Source: Ignicoccus hospitalis KIN4/I
Lineage (GTDB): Archaea; Thermoproteota; Thermoprotei_A; Sulfolobales; Ignicoccaceae
Reading direction: 5' to 3'
Assembly: GCF_000017945.1 (NCBI RefSeq)
Contig: NC_009776.1
Coordinates: forward strand, 1,020,001 to 1,052,000
DNA: 32,000 bases
This document shows, one piece after another, positions 8,704 through 16,844 of the stretch (its first letter is position 1; every line of letters starts with the position of its first letter). A program made the translations under genes and the position numbers. The notes under the pieces were generated by a model. That model had not been told where the DNA came from. It saw only the letters and a program-made list of their open reading frames with translations, and searched no databases.

Positions 8704-9441
8704 TCAAACCACGAGGACCTCTAGGCCGAGGTCCTCCAAAGCCTTGACGACCCTCAACCTGAGCTCGGACTTCAAGGACTTCTTCTCCACGTAGGCCCTT
8801 TCGGGCCTCTCGAAGCTCCTCTCCACCATCTGCCTCAACAAGTCCTCGTCCAAGTGGTCAAGGGCGTACTTAGGGGCAATGTGGCCGAAGCACGCCTCGC
8901 CCTCCAAGCACCTCTTTGTAGCCCTCTTGGAGTAGTGGGGGCCTCCAACCCAAACGGCCTTGGGCGCCTCGCAGCGGTGCTCCTCCCACGAGGCCACCGC
9001 CTTGGCCAAGACCTCGTGGTTCGCCGGGTCCTCCCAGTCCTCCTTCACGGAGCCTATCTCGGCGAAGACCAATGGCTTGTCGCTGGTGGGCCCGTGGTGG
9101 GTAGCCTCGTAAGTCACGTCGTAGCCCTCCCTCCGGAAGGCGTTCATTGCCCTCAACAAGGAGCAAGCGAGGGAGGGGTAGGCGACCCCGAGCCTCTTGG
9201 GCTCCCCTCCCAGCTTCGCCTCCCCGAAGTTGCCGGTGTGGTGGACTGTGAATGCCTTCACCCTCTTCTCGCTGGAATGTCTCGAAAGCACGATGAAGGC
9301 ATCGCCGGCGAGCGAGTTGAAGTCGAAGAAAGGTGGGTCCTCCGGCAGCTCCAAAGCCTTGATCCCGTATTCCCTCTCCAGAGCCTCGGCCGCCCCCTTA
9401 GCAGCGGGGTCCCCGGGGTAGTAAACCACTGTTACCTTCAA
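8704..9441 (-). CDS. dtdA: D-aminoacyl-tRNA deacylase, archaeal type (DTD2)
   Basis: The motifs SRHSSEKR..FTVHHTGNFG, YEATHHGPT, FAEIGSVKEDW and GGPHYSKRATKRCLEGEACFGHIAPKY match the DTD2/GEK1 family over its length. The start is TTG. Confidence 0.88.
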   Translation of the reverse strand: MKVTVVYYPGDPAAKGAAEALEREYGIKALELPEDPPFFDFNSLAGDAFIVLSRHSSEKRVKAFTVHHTGNFGEAKLGGEPKRLGVAYPSLACSLLRAMNAFRREGYDVTYEATHHGPTSDKPLVFAEIGSVKEDWEDPANHEVLAKAVASWEEHRCEAPKAVWVGGPHYSKRATKRCLEGEACFGHIAPKYALDHLDEDLLRQMVERSFERPERAYVEKKSLKSELRLRVVKALEDLGLEVLVV

Positions 9442-9632
9442 GGCTCGTCCAACAGGCCGGCCGCCTCGAGGGTCCTAAGAACCTTGAGGGCTAGGGAGCG
9501 CGACTTCAAGCGGATCAAGATCTTGTCGCCGACCCTCTCGACTAGGGCCTCTGGAGGTAAGAGGTCCTCGGCACCCTCCTTCGCTACTATTACGTAGTAT
9601 CCTTGGGGGTCCCTCTTCCCGAGGCCCTTCAA
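9438..9632 (-). CDS. hypothetical small protein (64 aa)
   Basis: Its stop overlaps the dtdA TTG start (CTTGA). The composition is protein-like (YYVIVAKEGAEDLLPPEALVERVGDKILIRLKSRSLALKVLRTLEAAGLL). No motif was recognised. Confidence 0.4.
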   Translation of the reverse strand: MKGLGKRDPQGYYVIVAKEGAEDLLPPEALVERVGDKILIRLKSRSLALKVLRTLEAAGLLDEP

Positions 9633-10207
9633 AGTACCCCGGGCCGGTTTGTCTTTCGTTCATTCTTGAAAGGTCCTTCATGGAGGTCGGTGAGAAAGGT
9701 CCCCGCCCGCGTCGTCTATCTTTGCATTATTCCTAGGCCTAGATTGTTAGGCTCCTCGACTCTCTTATAGAAAAAATCTTTTTCGGAGCCAGAATAATGG
9801 TATTTTTCTATCCTCTCTTGAGACTCCACCGAAGCCTTCCATATAAAGCTCCAAGGTCTTTCCCTTAAAAGAATTGCGTTCTACTGCGAGTTTACAATTC
9901 TCCACGTTTTTCCCTTTATTCGAGAAATTTTTCCTCTGCCCTTCCCTCCACGATCTTCAGCGTTCCCATGAAAAGATATAAGGGGGTTTGAGAGAGTGAA
10001 TAGTAATGGTGCGCTTTCGAATATAGGATGTTCCCATGTGGGCAAAGATGAAAAGGAAATGAGTAAAATACAAAGGTTTGGTGATTTGTAATGCTAATAG
10101 ACTGAAAAAGAAACAAGAAAAGCATCGAAGGAGTCATACTTTCCTATTCTATAGGGCAAAGGGATAGGAAGCTTGTGAACCGCAAAAGGGTTGGAGGTCG
10201 GGGACCC

Positions 10208-10406
10208 TCACCCGACCCGGAGCGGCATTACCTCCCTTACCCTCAAGGCCTTCTTTAACTTCTCCTCCATCCCGCCGGCGTCGGCCACGTAAGCGACGTC
10301 CCCCCTTTATGCCGACCCCTATGACCTTCTCGTCTTTTATTTCCATCTCGGGGATGATTATTTGTGCGCCGAGTCCCTCCAAGGTGACCCTGGCCGCGCC
10401 CTTCAA
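10208..10406 (-). pseudogene. small ORF interrupted by a frameshift at a G6 (plus-strand C6) run; function unknown
   Basis: The reading ...KGAARVTLEGLGAQIIIPEMEIKDEKVIGVGIKG runs into an Arg/Gly junk frame at 10300-10305. Removing one G continues it as DVAYVADAGGMEEKLKKALRVREVMPLRVG-stop (TGA at 10208-10210). The start (TTG 10406) is a guess. Confidence 0.3.
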
Positions 10407-10566
10407 GACCCTCCCGGGAGCACTGGCTTCAACCCCGTCGAACCGCCCGGCGCATCCGACAACAAGCTTTGAGGCATAGCCTCCAAGGCCAGCTCCCCGA
10501 GGGAGGAGGTCCTCCCAAGGCGCTCGGGAGCGGGAAGGTGTAAACTGCTCGTAGGCGGAGGGCCTT

Positions 10567-10645
10567 TGGTGCGGCGGCCGGGATTTGAACCCGGGATCAC
10601 CGGCTTGGGAGGCCGGCATCCTAGTCCAGGCTAGACGACCGCCGC
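10567..10645 (-). tRNA. tRNA-Gly (anticodon CCC), 3' CCA encoded
   Basis: The reverse complement is GCGGCGGTCGTCTAGCCTGGACTAGGATGCCGGCCTCCCAAGCCGGTGATCCCGGGTTCAAATCCCGGCCGCCGCACCA. It has a perfect 7-bp acceptor stem, a 5-bp anticodon stem CCGGC/GCCGG with loop CTCCCAA, a T arm CCGGG-TTCAAAT-CCCGG and no intron. Confidence 0.93.
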
Positions 10646-10696
10646 AGCCTCCGGAACGCGTTCCTTATTTCCGGTTAAAAGCGTTTCTGGAGGGGG

Positions 10697-11215
10697 ATGA
10701 GGAAGGACGAGGGTGAGCAAGGGGTGAGCGGCGGCAAGTCTCGCCGACTCGAGCTCTACTTCGACGGCCTCTGCGAGCCAGTGAACCCCGGAGGGGTGGC
10801 CACCTACGGCTTCGTGGTTAAGGAGGGAGGGAAGGTCCTTTGCTCCGGCAAGGGCTTGGTTGGAGTGGGCGCCAGGGGCGACGACGTTACCAACAACGTA
10901 GCGGAGTACACGGCCTTGATAAAGGCGTTGGAGTGTTTGCTCGAGAAGGGCTTGGAGGGGGCTGAGGTGGTAGTAAAGGGGGACTCCCAGCTGGCGATAA
11001 GGCAGCTGAGGGGCGAGTACAAGGTGAGGTCCCCGAGGATAGCGCCGCTCTACAAGAGGGCCAAGGAGCTCTTGTCCAAGTTTAAGGCGGAGCTCCAGTG
11101 GGTTCCGAGGGAGCTCAACGAGGAGGCAGATGCCTTGAGCAGGGAGGCCTTTAGGGAGTACTTGGAGGCCAACAAGGAGGAGTTCGAGAGGTACTACCTC
11201 AAGTCCTCTCGATGA
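10697..11215 (+). CDS. rnhA: ribonuclease HI (archaeal type 1 RNase H)
   Basis: The motifs LYFDGLCEPVNPGG, TNNVAEYTALIKALE, KGDSQLAIRQLRGEY and VPRELNEEADALSREA correspond to the DEDD catalytic core pattern of archaeal RNase HI. The SD GGAGGGGG precedes the ATG. Confidence 0.85.
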   Translation: MRKDEGEQGVSGGKSRRLELYFDGLCEPVNPGGVATYGFVVKEGGKVLCSGKGLVGVGARGDDVTNNVAEYTALIKALECLLEKGLEGAEVVVKGDSQLAIRQLRGEYKVRSPRIAPLYKRAKELLSKFKAELQWVPRELNEEADALSREAFREYLEANKEEFERYYLKSSR

Positions 11216-11753
11216 CGGTGACGCACCTTTCGTCCTCCTTCACCACGGCCTTCATCCTACCCCCGTTGGACACTAGCTTGGGCCTCCACTCCCTCCCGTC
11301 CATGAGGGTCAGCGCCGCGGCGACCATGTAGGGCAACGGGCAAGCCGCTCCCTCCAGCTCCGCCCCGCCAACCCCCTTGGGGCAGATCTTACACCTCTTG
11401 GTAACAACCGAAATCTTTAAGGAGTTCTCGTTAGCCTCCACCTCGTACTCGTCCTCCGAGTACCCGTACTCGGAGAACATCACCTTCAAGTTTTCTTCTA
11501 TACCCTTTTTCGGGTCCACGAGCCCGTGGGCTACGAAGTAGGCCAAGATCCGGGGGGTGAAGTACTTGGAGAGCACCCCTACCGTGCCTTGGTTGAGCAG
11601 CCCCAACTCGTTCAAGGACGCCAGCATGGAGGCCAAGGTGAGAGAGGAGAGGGGTACGTCCCTCTCCTTTATCACCTTTAGGGCCTCTTCAAAATTCTTC
11701 ATGAGCTTGAAAGAGTTCTTGTTGCCCTCGTGCAGGGCACGGGTCTCTGGCAT
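11199..11753 (-). CDS. hypothetical protein, possible V4R-like Cys-containing ligand-binding domain
   Basis: The 184-aa ORF has its own TATA and an SD (GAGGA). The C-terminal half, KRCKICPKGVGGAELEGAACPLPYMVAAALTLMDG...ERCVTVIE, loosely resembles V4R domains. The function call is weak. Confidence 0.45.
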   Translation of the reverse strand: MPETRALHEGNKNSFKLMKNFEEALKVIKERDVPLSSLTLASMLASLNELGLLNQGTVGVLSKYFTPRILAYFVAHGLVDPKKGIEENLKVMFSEYGYSEDEYEVEANENSLKISVVTKRCKICPKGVGGAELEGAACPLPYMVAAALTLMDGREWRPKLVSNGGRMKAVVKEDERCVTVIERT

Positions 11754-11784
11754 GGGAGTTCCTCACGCTAACTAAGAGCACGCC

Positions 11785-11811
11785 ATTATTAACTGTTTCC
11801 TTACCAGTTAG
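11785..11811 (-). promoter_or_regulatory. post-metG hairpin overlapping a TATA candidate for the downstream gene
   Basis: On the minus strand, directly after the metG TGA, comes CTAACTG-GTAAGGAAA-CAGTTA (6-bp stem) and then TTAATAAT about 35 nt upstream of ATG 11753. Confidence 0.3.
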
Positions 11812-13497
11812 TCAGATGGGGCGGAGCTTTTCAACTTTTCTCCGAGCCTCCTCCAACAGCTCGTCCACCCTCTCGAGGAAGTCCTTGGGCAGCTTCTGGA
11901 ACAGCGGCTTGGGCTCTTTGACCTCCCCCGCGGGCTCGGAACCGCTGGTGAGGAGCTTGCCCCTCTCGTGCACGCTCCCGGGCTCGCCTATCATCTTCCA
12001 CAGCTCCTCCGCCGCCGAGGGCGCGAAGGGCGCCAAGTGAAGGGCGACCTCCCTAAGTATGAACAAGCACGTATACATGACGTCCCTCGCCTCTTCCTCC
12101 TTCCCCTCCTTCAAGAGCCTCCAAGGCTCCTTCTCGTTCAAGTACTTGTTACCTAACCTGGCCATTTCCAAGACTAAGCCGGACGCTTCCTTCAACTTCA
12201 CCTTATACATGGCCTTCACGTACTTCTCGTGCAACTCGGCTATGCTCTTCTTGACCTCCTCGTCCACCCTCCCGCGGACCGAGCCTCCGAAGCGCCTCTC
12301 CACGAAAGTTAACACCCTGTGGGCGAAGTTGCCTATGTCGTCGTTCAGCTCGCTGTTCACTATCCTGTAGAACTCCCTCCAAGTGAAGTTTGTGTCCCTC
12401 TCCTCGGGCCTCATTCTAATCAACGCGAACCTCCAGTAGTCCGGGTTGGGCACCACCTCCAGCGCCTCGTCTATCCAAACGCCCACCCTCCTCCTCTTGC
12501 TGAACTTCTGGCCCTCGTACATGAGGTACTCCGTCGCGGATATGTTGTAGGGGAGCGGGTACTCCTCGCCGGTCGCCTTTAAGAGGGCCGGGAGTATTAT
12601 GGAGTGGAAGGGTATGTTGTCCTTCCCTATGAAGTATACCGGCCTGGAGTTGATGTCCTTCCAGAACTCCTCGAACAAGTTCGTCCCGTTCTTGACGTCC
12701 AACTCCTTAACTGCGGAGAGGTAACCCAAGACCGCTTCGAACCAAACGTAGATGGTCTTGCCCTCCGCCCCCGGGAACGGGGCGGGTATGCCCCACTTGT
12801 TGTCCCTAGTGACAGACCTCGGCGTGAGGCCCTCCTTCACCCAGTTCAAGGTGAACTTCTTAACGTTGTTGGGCAGCTCGCTCCTTTCCAGCCACTCCAC
12901 CAACCCCTCCGCGGCCTTAGGCAAGTCGAAGAACCAGTGCAAGGTCTTCCTCCAGACCGGCCTGGAGCCGCAGAAGGCGCAGCGGGGGTTGACCAAGTCC
13001 GGGGGGTCCAAGAGCTTTCCACACCTCTCGCACTGGTCCCCCCTGGCGTCCGGGGCCCCGCAGTAGGGGCAAGTGCCCACCGTAAACCTGTCGGGCAAGA
13101 ACATCTTGTCCTTGGGGCAGTAGGGCATGACCATCTCTTGCGTGAATATGTAGCCGTTCTCGTATATCTTCATAAACGTTTCCCTCACGAACTCCATGTG
13201 CACCGGGTTGTGGGTGCGCGTGTAATTGTCGAAGGATATCAAGTACTTCTCGAACAGCTTCTTTACGTACTCGTGCACCTTGTCGGTCAGCTCCTTGGGC
13301 TCCACCCCCCTCTTCCGGGCCTCCACCTCTATGGGGGTCCCGTGCTCGTCGCTGCCGGAGACGAACACTACGTCCTCTCCCATAAGCCTCAAGAACCTAG
13401 CGAACACGTCGGCGGACAGTACGGACCCGATCAAGTTACCTAAGTGAGGCACGGTGTTGACGTAGGGCCACGCGCTCCCGACTATCCACTTGGCCAC
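11812..13497 (-). CDS. metG: methionyl-tRNA synthetase
   Basis: Class I signatures are [15 protein letters not shown] (HIGH variant) and KFSKRR (KMSKS variant). Zinc knuckles are CPYCG...CERCG and C..CG. An anticodon-binding helical domain follows. Confidence 0.95.
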   Translation of the reverse strand: MAKWIVGSAWPYVNTVPHLGNLIGSVLSADVFARFLRLMGEDVVFVSGSDEHGTPIEVEARKRGVEPKELTDKVHEYVKKLFEKYLISFDNYTRTHNPVHMEFVRETFMKIYENGYIFTQEMVMPYCPKDKMFLPDRFTVGTCPYCGAPDARGDQCERCGKLLDPPDLVNPRCAFCGSRPVWRKTLHWFFDLPKAAEGLVEWLERSELPNNVKKFTLNWVKEGLTPRSVTRDNKWGIPAPFPGAEGKTIYVWFEAVLGYLSAVKELDVKNGTNLFEEFWKDINSRPVYFIGKDNIPFHSIILPALLKATGEEYPLPYNISATEYLMYEGQKFSKRRRVGVWIDEALEVVPNPDYWRFALIRMRPEERDTNFTWREFYRIVNSELNDDIGNFAHRVLTFVERRFGGSVRGRVDEEVKKSIAELHEKYVKAMYKVKLKEASGLVLEMARLGNKYLNEKEPWRLLKEGKEEEARDVMYTCLFILREVALHLAPFAPSAAEELWKMIGEPGSVHERGKLLTSGSEPAGEVKEPKPLFQKLPKDFLERVDELLEEARRKVEKLRPI

Positions 13498-13640
13498 CGT
13501 CGGCCCCCGGGGGCGTTGGGCCGCGCGAGCATAAAACGGGAGCTGTGTAGGCGAGGGTTTAAAGCTTGGGGGGCGGATGATACCGCAATAGGTCCCTTTT
13601 AAGCTTTCTTCGGTAGCTATACCCCCAACGGGAGCGTCGG

Positions 13641-14273
13641 ATGGACGCGATAGTTAGGTTCAGCAGGATATGGGAAGAGGGGAGCAAGGGCGGCAGGAAG
13701 TTCTTGATATTCGGCACCAAGGAGAGCGAGGAGCCGCTCAAGAAGAAGGTGTTCAAGGCCAGGTATCTGATAGAGAAGCAGATAGACAGGATAGGTTACA
13801 CCATAAACAAGTTGAAGGAGAGGGACGAGAGGTTGTTCAACAAGCTGGTGGACAGCATAGTAAACCACGACGAGCTGAGAGCTAAGATACTGGCCAGCGA
13901 GATAGCTGAAATAAGGAAGATAGCGAAGACTCTAATGACTACGCAGCTGGCCCTCGAGAGGGTCAAGTACAGGATGGAACTGTTCTTGACGATAGGCGAC
14001 GTGGCGACCACTCTGGCGCCGGTGGTGCCGGTGTTGGGCATGCTGAAGGCCCAGCTGCTAAAGGAGGTGCCGGAGTTAGGGATAGAGCTGAGCAAGATAC
14101 ACGAGGAGCTGGAGGAGGCGGTGGACGAGATGAGCTTCTACGGAGCGGCGGAGGCGGACGTGGTGCTGGACAGGGAGGCGAGGAAGATACTGGAGGAGGC
14201 GAGGACCTTGGCGGAGAGGCAAGTGGAGGCGGAGTTCCCCAGCGTCTCCATCCCCAACACCAGCAGGGTCTAA
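13641..14273 (+). CDS. ESCRT-III (Snf7/CdvB family) paralog lacking the CdvA-binding winged helix
   Basis: It is colinear with crenarchaeal CdvB: [59 protein letters not shown], then [23 protein letters not shown], an acidic helix, and a Pro-containing C-terminus EFPSVSIPN. Confidence 0.78.
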   Translation: MDAIVRFSRIWEEGSKGGRKFLIFGTKESEEPLKKKVFKARYLIEKQIDRIGYTINKLKERDERLFNKLVDSIVNHDELRAKILASEIAEIRKIAKTLMTTQLALERVKYRMELFLTIGDVATTLAPVVPVLGMLKAQLLKEVPELGIELSKIHEELEEAVDEMSFYGAAEADVVLDREARKILEEARTLAERQVEAEFPSVSIPNTSRV

Positions 14274-14989
14274 AGACTCCCGTACTTCGGGGCCTCCCTC
14301 CAGTTCTTCTCCCCGTGTTTTAGGGCCACGGTGCTCGAGGCGACAGCCTTCACGCTCCCGACCTCATAAAAGTATATTTTATAATAATCTAGCTCCTCTT
14401 TCTTGCACTCTTTGCACTCCCACGCGTAGCCCGCGTTGCCGTAGACGTCCACGAAGAAGACCGCGGCCCCGCTCCCCTCCGGGAGGACCTCCTCGAGCCA
14501 GCCCTTCACCCTCATCGCGGTGAGGAGGGGGTCCTCGCTGTAGTTCTCCATAACCGCCCACGCCACCGCGGCGGTGTCGGCTAAGGTTCCAGAACTCATC
14601 ATCCTCCTTATGGGGTAGGGCGCCTCTAGGGTGGAGGGGTCTATGGTGCCGTTGTAGCCTATCCACAACACGTTCAGAACTCCCACGGGCTGGACGTTCT
14701 GCGGGTGCGCCTCGGTCCCCTTTATGCTCGTCTTCCTCACGTGCAATAAGTTCAAAGTTCCGAAGTTGTTGTTCAAGAACTCGAGGCCCCTCTCGTCCTC
14801 CCACACCGCCCTAGTGCTCCTATACTCGACGAACCTCCCCTCCTCCACGCCCACGAAGCCCCAGCCGTCCGGGTGGTTGGGCTCCTTGCCCTTCCACCTC
14901 CTCGCCCCGTAGGGGTCGTCCCTCGCCGCCTCGACCAAAGCCTTTACCAAGTCTTCCGAAAACCCCTTCATCATTAACATCCTACACAA
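14270..14989 (-). CDS. class II (Ntn-type, YafJ-like) glutamine amidotransferase
   Basis: The TTG at 14989 sits directly before Cys, giving M-CRMLMMKG, the Ntn nucleophile position. HPDGWGF and LLHVRKTSIKGTEAHPQNVQP match the YafJ-type pattern. The longest ORF extends to GTG 14998. Confidence 0.72.
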   Translation of the reverse strand: MCRMLMMKGFSEDLVKALVEAARDDPYGARRWKGKEPNHPDGWGFVGVEEGRFVEYRSTRAVWEDERGLEFLNNNFGTLNLLHVRKTSIKGTEAHPQNVQPVGVLNVLWIGYNGTIDPSTLEAPYPIRRMMSSGTLADTAAVAWAVMENYSEDPLLTAMRVKGWLEEVLPEGSGAAVFFVDVYGNAGYAWECKECKKEELDYYKIYFYEVGSVKAVASSTVALKHGEKNWREAPKYGSL

Positions 14990-14994
14990 GTCTA

Positions 14995-15171
14995 TCACCC
15001 TGTGATGGCGGCGACGGCCGTCTCGTTCAAGAACTTGACGAATTCATCGTATTTCATCTTTAAGTAGAGACCAGCCAAAAGCGATATGAGCGCCAACAAG
15101 AACAACGTGCCGTAGAATATTATTTGGTCGGTAGTGAGTTCGACGCCCAATATGACTAGCCCTCTCCTCAA
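14995..15171 (-). CDS. possible 58-aa single-TM micro-protein
   Basis: This ORF is below the 60-aa track cutoff. A TTG at 15171 lies 9 nt after GGAGGT. The sequence is MRRGLVILGVELTTDQIIFYGTLFLLALISLLAGLYLKMKYDEFVKFLNETAVAAITG. Its stop is 5 nt before the amidotransferase start. Confidence 0.35.
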   Translation of the reverse strand: MRRGLVILGVELTTDQIIFYGTLFLLALISLLAGLYLKMKYDEFVKFLNETAVAAITG

Positions 15172-15236
15172 CCCCTTAATACCTCCTTTACCACAACGCG
15201 AGAACCAAAATTAATGCTCGCATAGGCTCCAGTACG

Positions 15237-15944
15237 GTGGCCTCCGTGAAGGCGTTGATACTCGCCGGGGGGTACGGCAAGAGGCTGAAGCCCCTCACCG
15301 AGGAGTTGCCGAAGCCCTTGCTCCAAGTGGCGGGGAAGCCCATAGTGGCGTGGCAATTCGACCTATACAAGAGACACGGAATAAATGAAATAGTTATGGC
15401 AGTGGGCTACTTGAAGGAAAAAGTAATAGAATTGGTCGGCTCGGGCAGCAAGTACGGCGTGAAGGTAGTTTACGTCGTCGAGGAGGAGCCCTTGGGGACC
15501 GGAGGGGCCATAAAGAACGCTGAGAGCGCGTTGAGAAACGAAGAGATGTTCGCAGTTTCCAACGGAGATATAATAACGAACTTGGACGTCACCAAGCTCT
15601 GCGACGCGTTGAGGGAGAGCGAGGCGGTAGCGGCCATGTCGCTGGTCCCCCTACCCTCCCCCTACGGAATAGTGATAACTGATGAGAGTGGGAAAGTTAA
15701 GGAATTCAAGGAGAAACCGAAGATACACGACTACTGGATAAACGCCGGGGTATATTGTATGAGGAACGAGATATTCGATTACTTACCCGAGAGCGGGGAC
15801 ATAGAGAAGACCGCTTTCCCCCAGCTCGCCAAGGAGGGGAAGCTGGTGGCCGTTAAGTACCCGGACGCCTTCTGGAAGAGCGTGGACACGTTTAAGGACT
15901 TAGAGGAGGCCAACAAACTGTTGTCGAAGTTGAGCTTGTTCTGA
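15237..15944 (+). CDS. sugar-phosphate nucleotidyltransferase (NTP_transferase family)
   Basis: KALILAGGYGKRLKPLTEELPKPLL is the G-x-G-x-R-L signature, and EEEPLGTGGAI is also present. A TATA-like AAAATTAATG lies at 15207-15216. The start is GTG 15237 or GTG 15246. Confidence 0.85.
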   Translation: MASVKALILAGGYGKRLKPLTEELPKPLLQVAGKPIVAWQFDLYKRHGINEIVMAVGYLKEKVIELVGSGSKYGVKVVYVVEEEPLGTGGAIKNAESALRNEEMFAVSNGDIITNLDVTKLCDALRESEAVAAMSLVPLPSPYGIVITDESGKVKEFKEKPKIHDYWINAGVYCMRNEIFDYLPESGDIEKTAFPQLAKEGKLVAVKYPDAFWKSVDTFKDLEEANKLLSKLSLF

Positions 15945-15945
15945 G

Positions 15946-16134
15946 GTGAGAAGCTTGGACGAGAGGCTGGTGGCTTCCCTCTCCGGGGCCCTCTGCGGGG
16001 CCTTCGCCGCGCTGGGGGCACTGTCCTTGAGCTCCGGCTGGGAGGCCTTCGTGTACAACGCCGCTGCTGTCCCCTTGCTCCTCGGCCTGTTGACCGCTTT
16101 CTTGACGTACATGCTGAGCGAGGTCCTATCGTAA
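15946..16134 (+). CDS. possible small two-TM membrane protein
   Basis: The GTG start is 2 nt after the upstream stop. The 62-aa product is hydrophobic with two predicted helices. No homology was recognised. Confidence 0.35.
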   Translation: MRSLDERLVASLSGALCGAFAALGALSLSSGWEAFVYNAAAVPLLLGLLTAFLTYMLSEVLS

Positions 16135-16176
16135 GCTTTTACTCCGCCGGGGCCCTCCGCTGGGGGTCAAGGGAAC

Positions 16177-16380
16177 ATGAGGGCCCACTGCTCCCTCTTG
16201 GCCGTCGCGTTTTCCACGTCCTTCGCCGTTTCGTTGGTCACACTCCTAACCCTCTCGGCCGTGTACTTGTTAGGGGTGGCGAGCCCCATCTTGGTCTTGC
16301 TCGGAGGGGCGCTGGGCGGGGCGCTGGCCTACGCGCTCTCCTCGGCGCTCCTCAACGCTTGTGGGGGTGCGGGTCAGTGA
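16177..16380 (+). CDS. possible small two-TM membrane protein (Gly-zipper LLGGALGGALAYAL)
   Basis: ATG start and a 67-aa hydrophobic product. No homology was recognised. Confidence 0.35.
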   Translation: MRAHCSLLAVAFSTSFAVSLVTLLTLSAVYLLGVASPILVLLGGALGGALAYALSSALLNACGGAGQ

Positions 16381-16430
16381 ATCCCAGCCCTCCTCACCGC
16401 TCGGGGCGGCGATCGACACCTCATCCCCTC

Positions 16431-16844
16431 TTGTTGAGGCGCTTGCTACACTACATCTACGGCGCCGAGCCCCAGTGTAGCTTGGAGGGGGTGACGGTAA
16501 AGTACTCGAAGACCGGGAAGCCGCGCTACGTCCTCATGAATGGGAAGAGGCTCTTCACCATCAAGCCCAACGACATGTCCGTAACCCTCTCCCCGGAGGG
16601 GGCCGCTTTCTTGGAGGGCTGCTTCCCCCCTAAGGTAGCTAGGGTCTACGTCAGCGAGGTCCCCGAGAAAACGGTGTTCGCCAAGCACGTGATAGACGCA
16701 GACGAGGGGATAAGGAGGGGCGTAGACGTTTTAATAATATACGAGTCGCGGCTGGTGGCCTTCGGTAAGGCGCTGATGTCCGGGAGGGAGATGAAGGAGC
16801 TTAATTTGGGCGAGGCCGCGAGGGTTAGGGGTAAGGTGCCGTGA
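16431..16844 (+). CDS. PUA-domain RNA-binding protein (archaeosine-TGT C-terminal-like)
   Basis: RVYVSEVPEKTVFAKHVIDADEGIRRGVDVLIIYESRLVAFGKALMSGREM matches the PUA pattern (fv..G..vFak.V......IR.GdeV.v......l..G.A.ms..EM). The likely start is TTG 16431/16434. The ORF is open from 16359, where it overlaps the previous ORF. Confidence 0.7.
   Translation: MLRRLLHYIYGAEPQCSLEGVTVKYSKTGKPRYVLMNGKRLFTIKPNDMSVTLSPEGAAFLEGCFPPKVARVYVSEVPEKTVFAKHVIDADEGIRRGVDVLIIYESRLVAFGKALMSGREMKELNLGEAARVRGKVP

Noticed and set aside
9916-10137. 73-aa minus-strand ORF in the AT-rich island
   Set aside because: It is Phe/Leu/Ser-rich low-complexity sequence with no SD or TATA at a sensible distance, and its composition simply mirrors the AT-rich DNA. 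It is not reported as a CDS, although a decayed gene cannot be excluded.
8595-10150. Possible CRISPR array or leader near the cas6-like gene
   Set aside because: By eye I found no regularly spaced 24-37 nt direct repeats here or elsewhere in the window. The only short duplications (GTTCCCATG, ATGAAAAG) are 8-9 nt and irregular. A computational repeat search would be needed to be exhaustive.
9661-10150. C/D-box sRNA in the AT-rich island and in other intergenic gaps (8595-8703, 13498-13640, 29832-29921)
   Set aside because: No canonical C box (RTGATGA) paired with a downstream CTGA at an appropriate distance was found on either strand. Near-matches such as GGATGATA at ~13583 lack a D box.
10149-10619. 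156-aa ORF reading out of the 3' half of tRNA-Gly (..DPGFKSRPP..), considered as a partitioned SSV-type integrase fragment marking an integrated element
   Set aside because: There are no tyrosine-recombinase motifs (R..HxxR..Y). The N-terminal part is simply the tRNA translated. The distal part is the junk frame after the G6 frameshift. I found no second copy of the tRNA 3' half in the window. The integration-remnant idea is kept only as one hypothesis for the AT-rich island.
12604-13443. 279-aa plus-strand ORF opposite metG
   Set aside because: It is antisense to intact MetRS and has low-complexity Pro/Leu/Val/Gly composition, so it is a shadow ORF.
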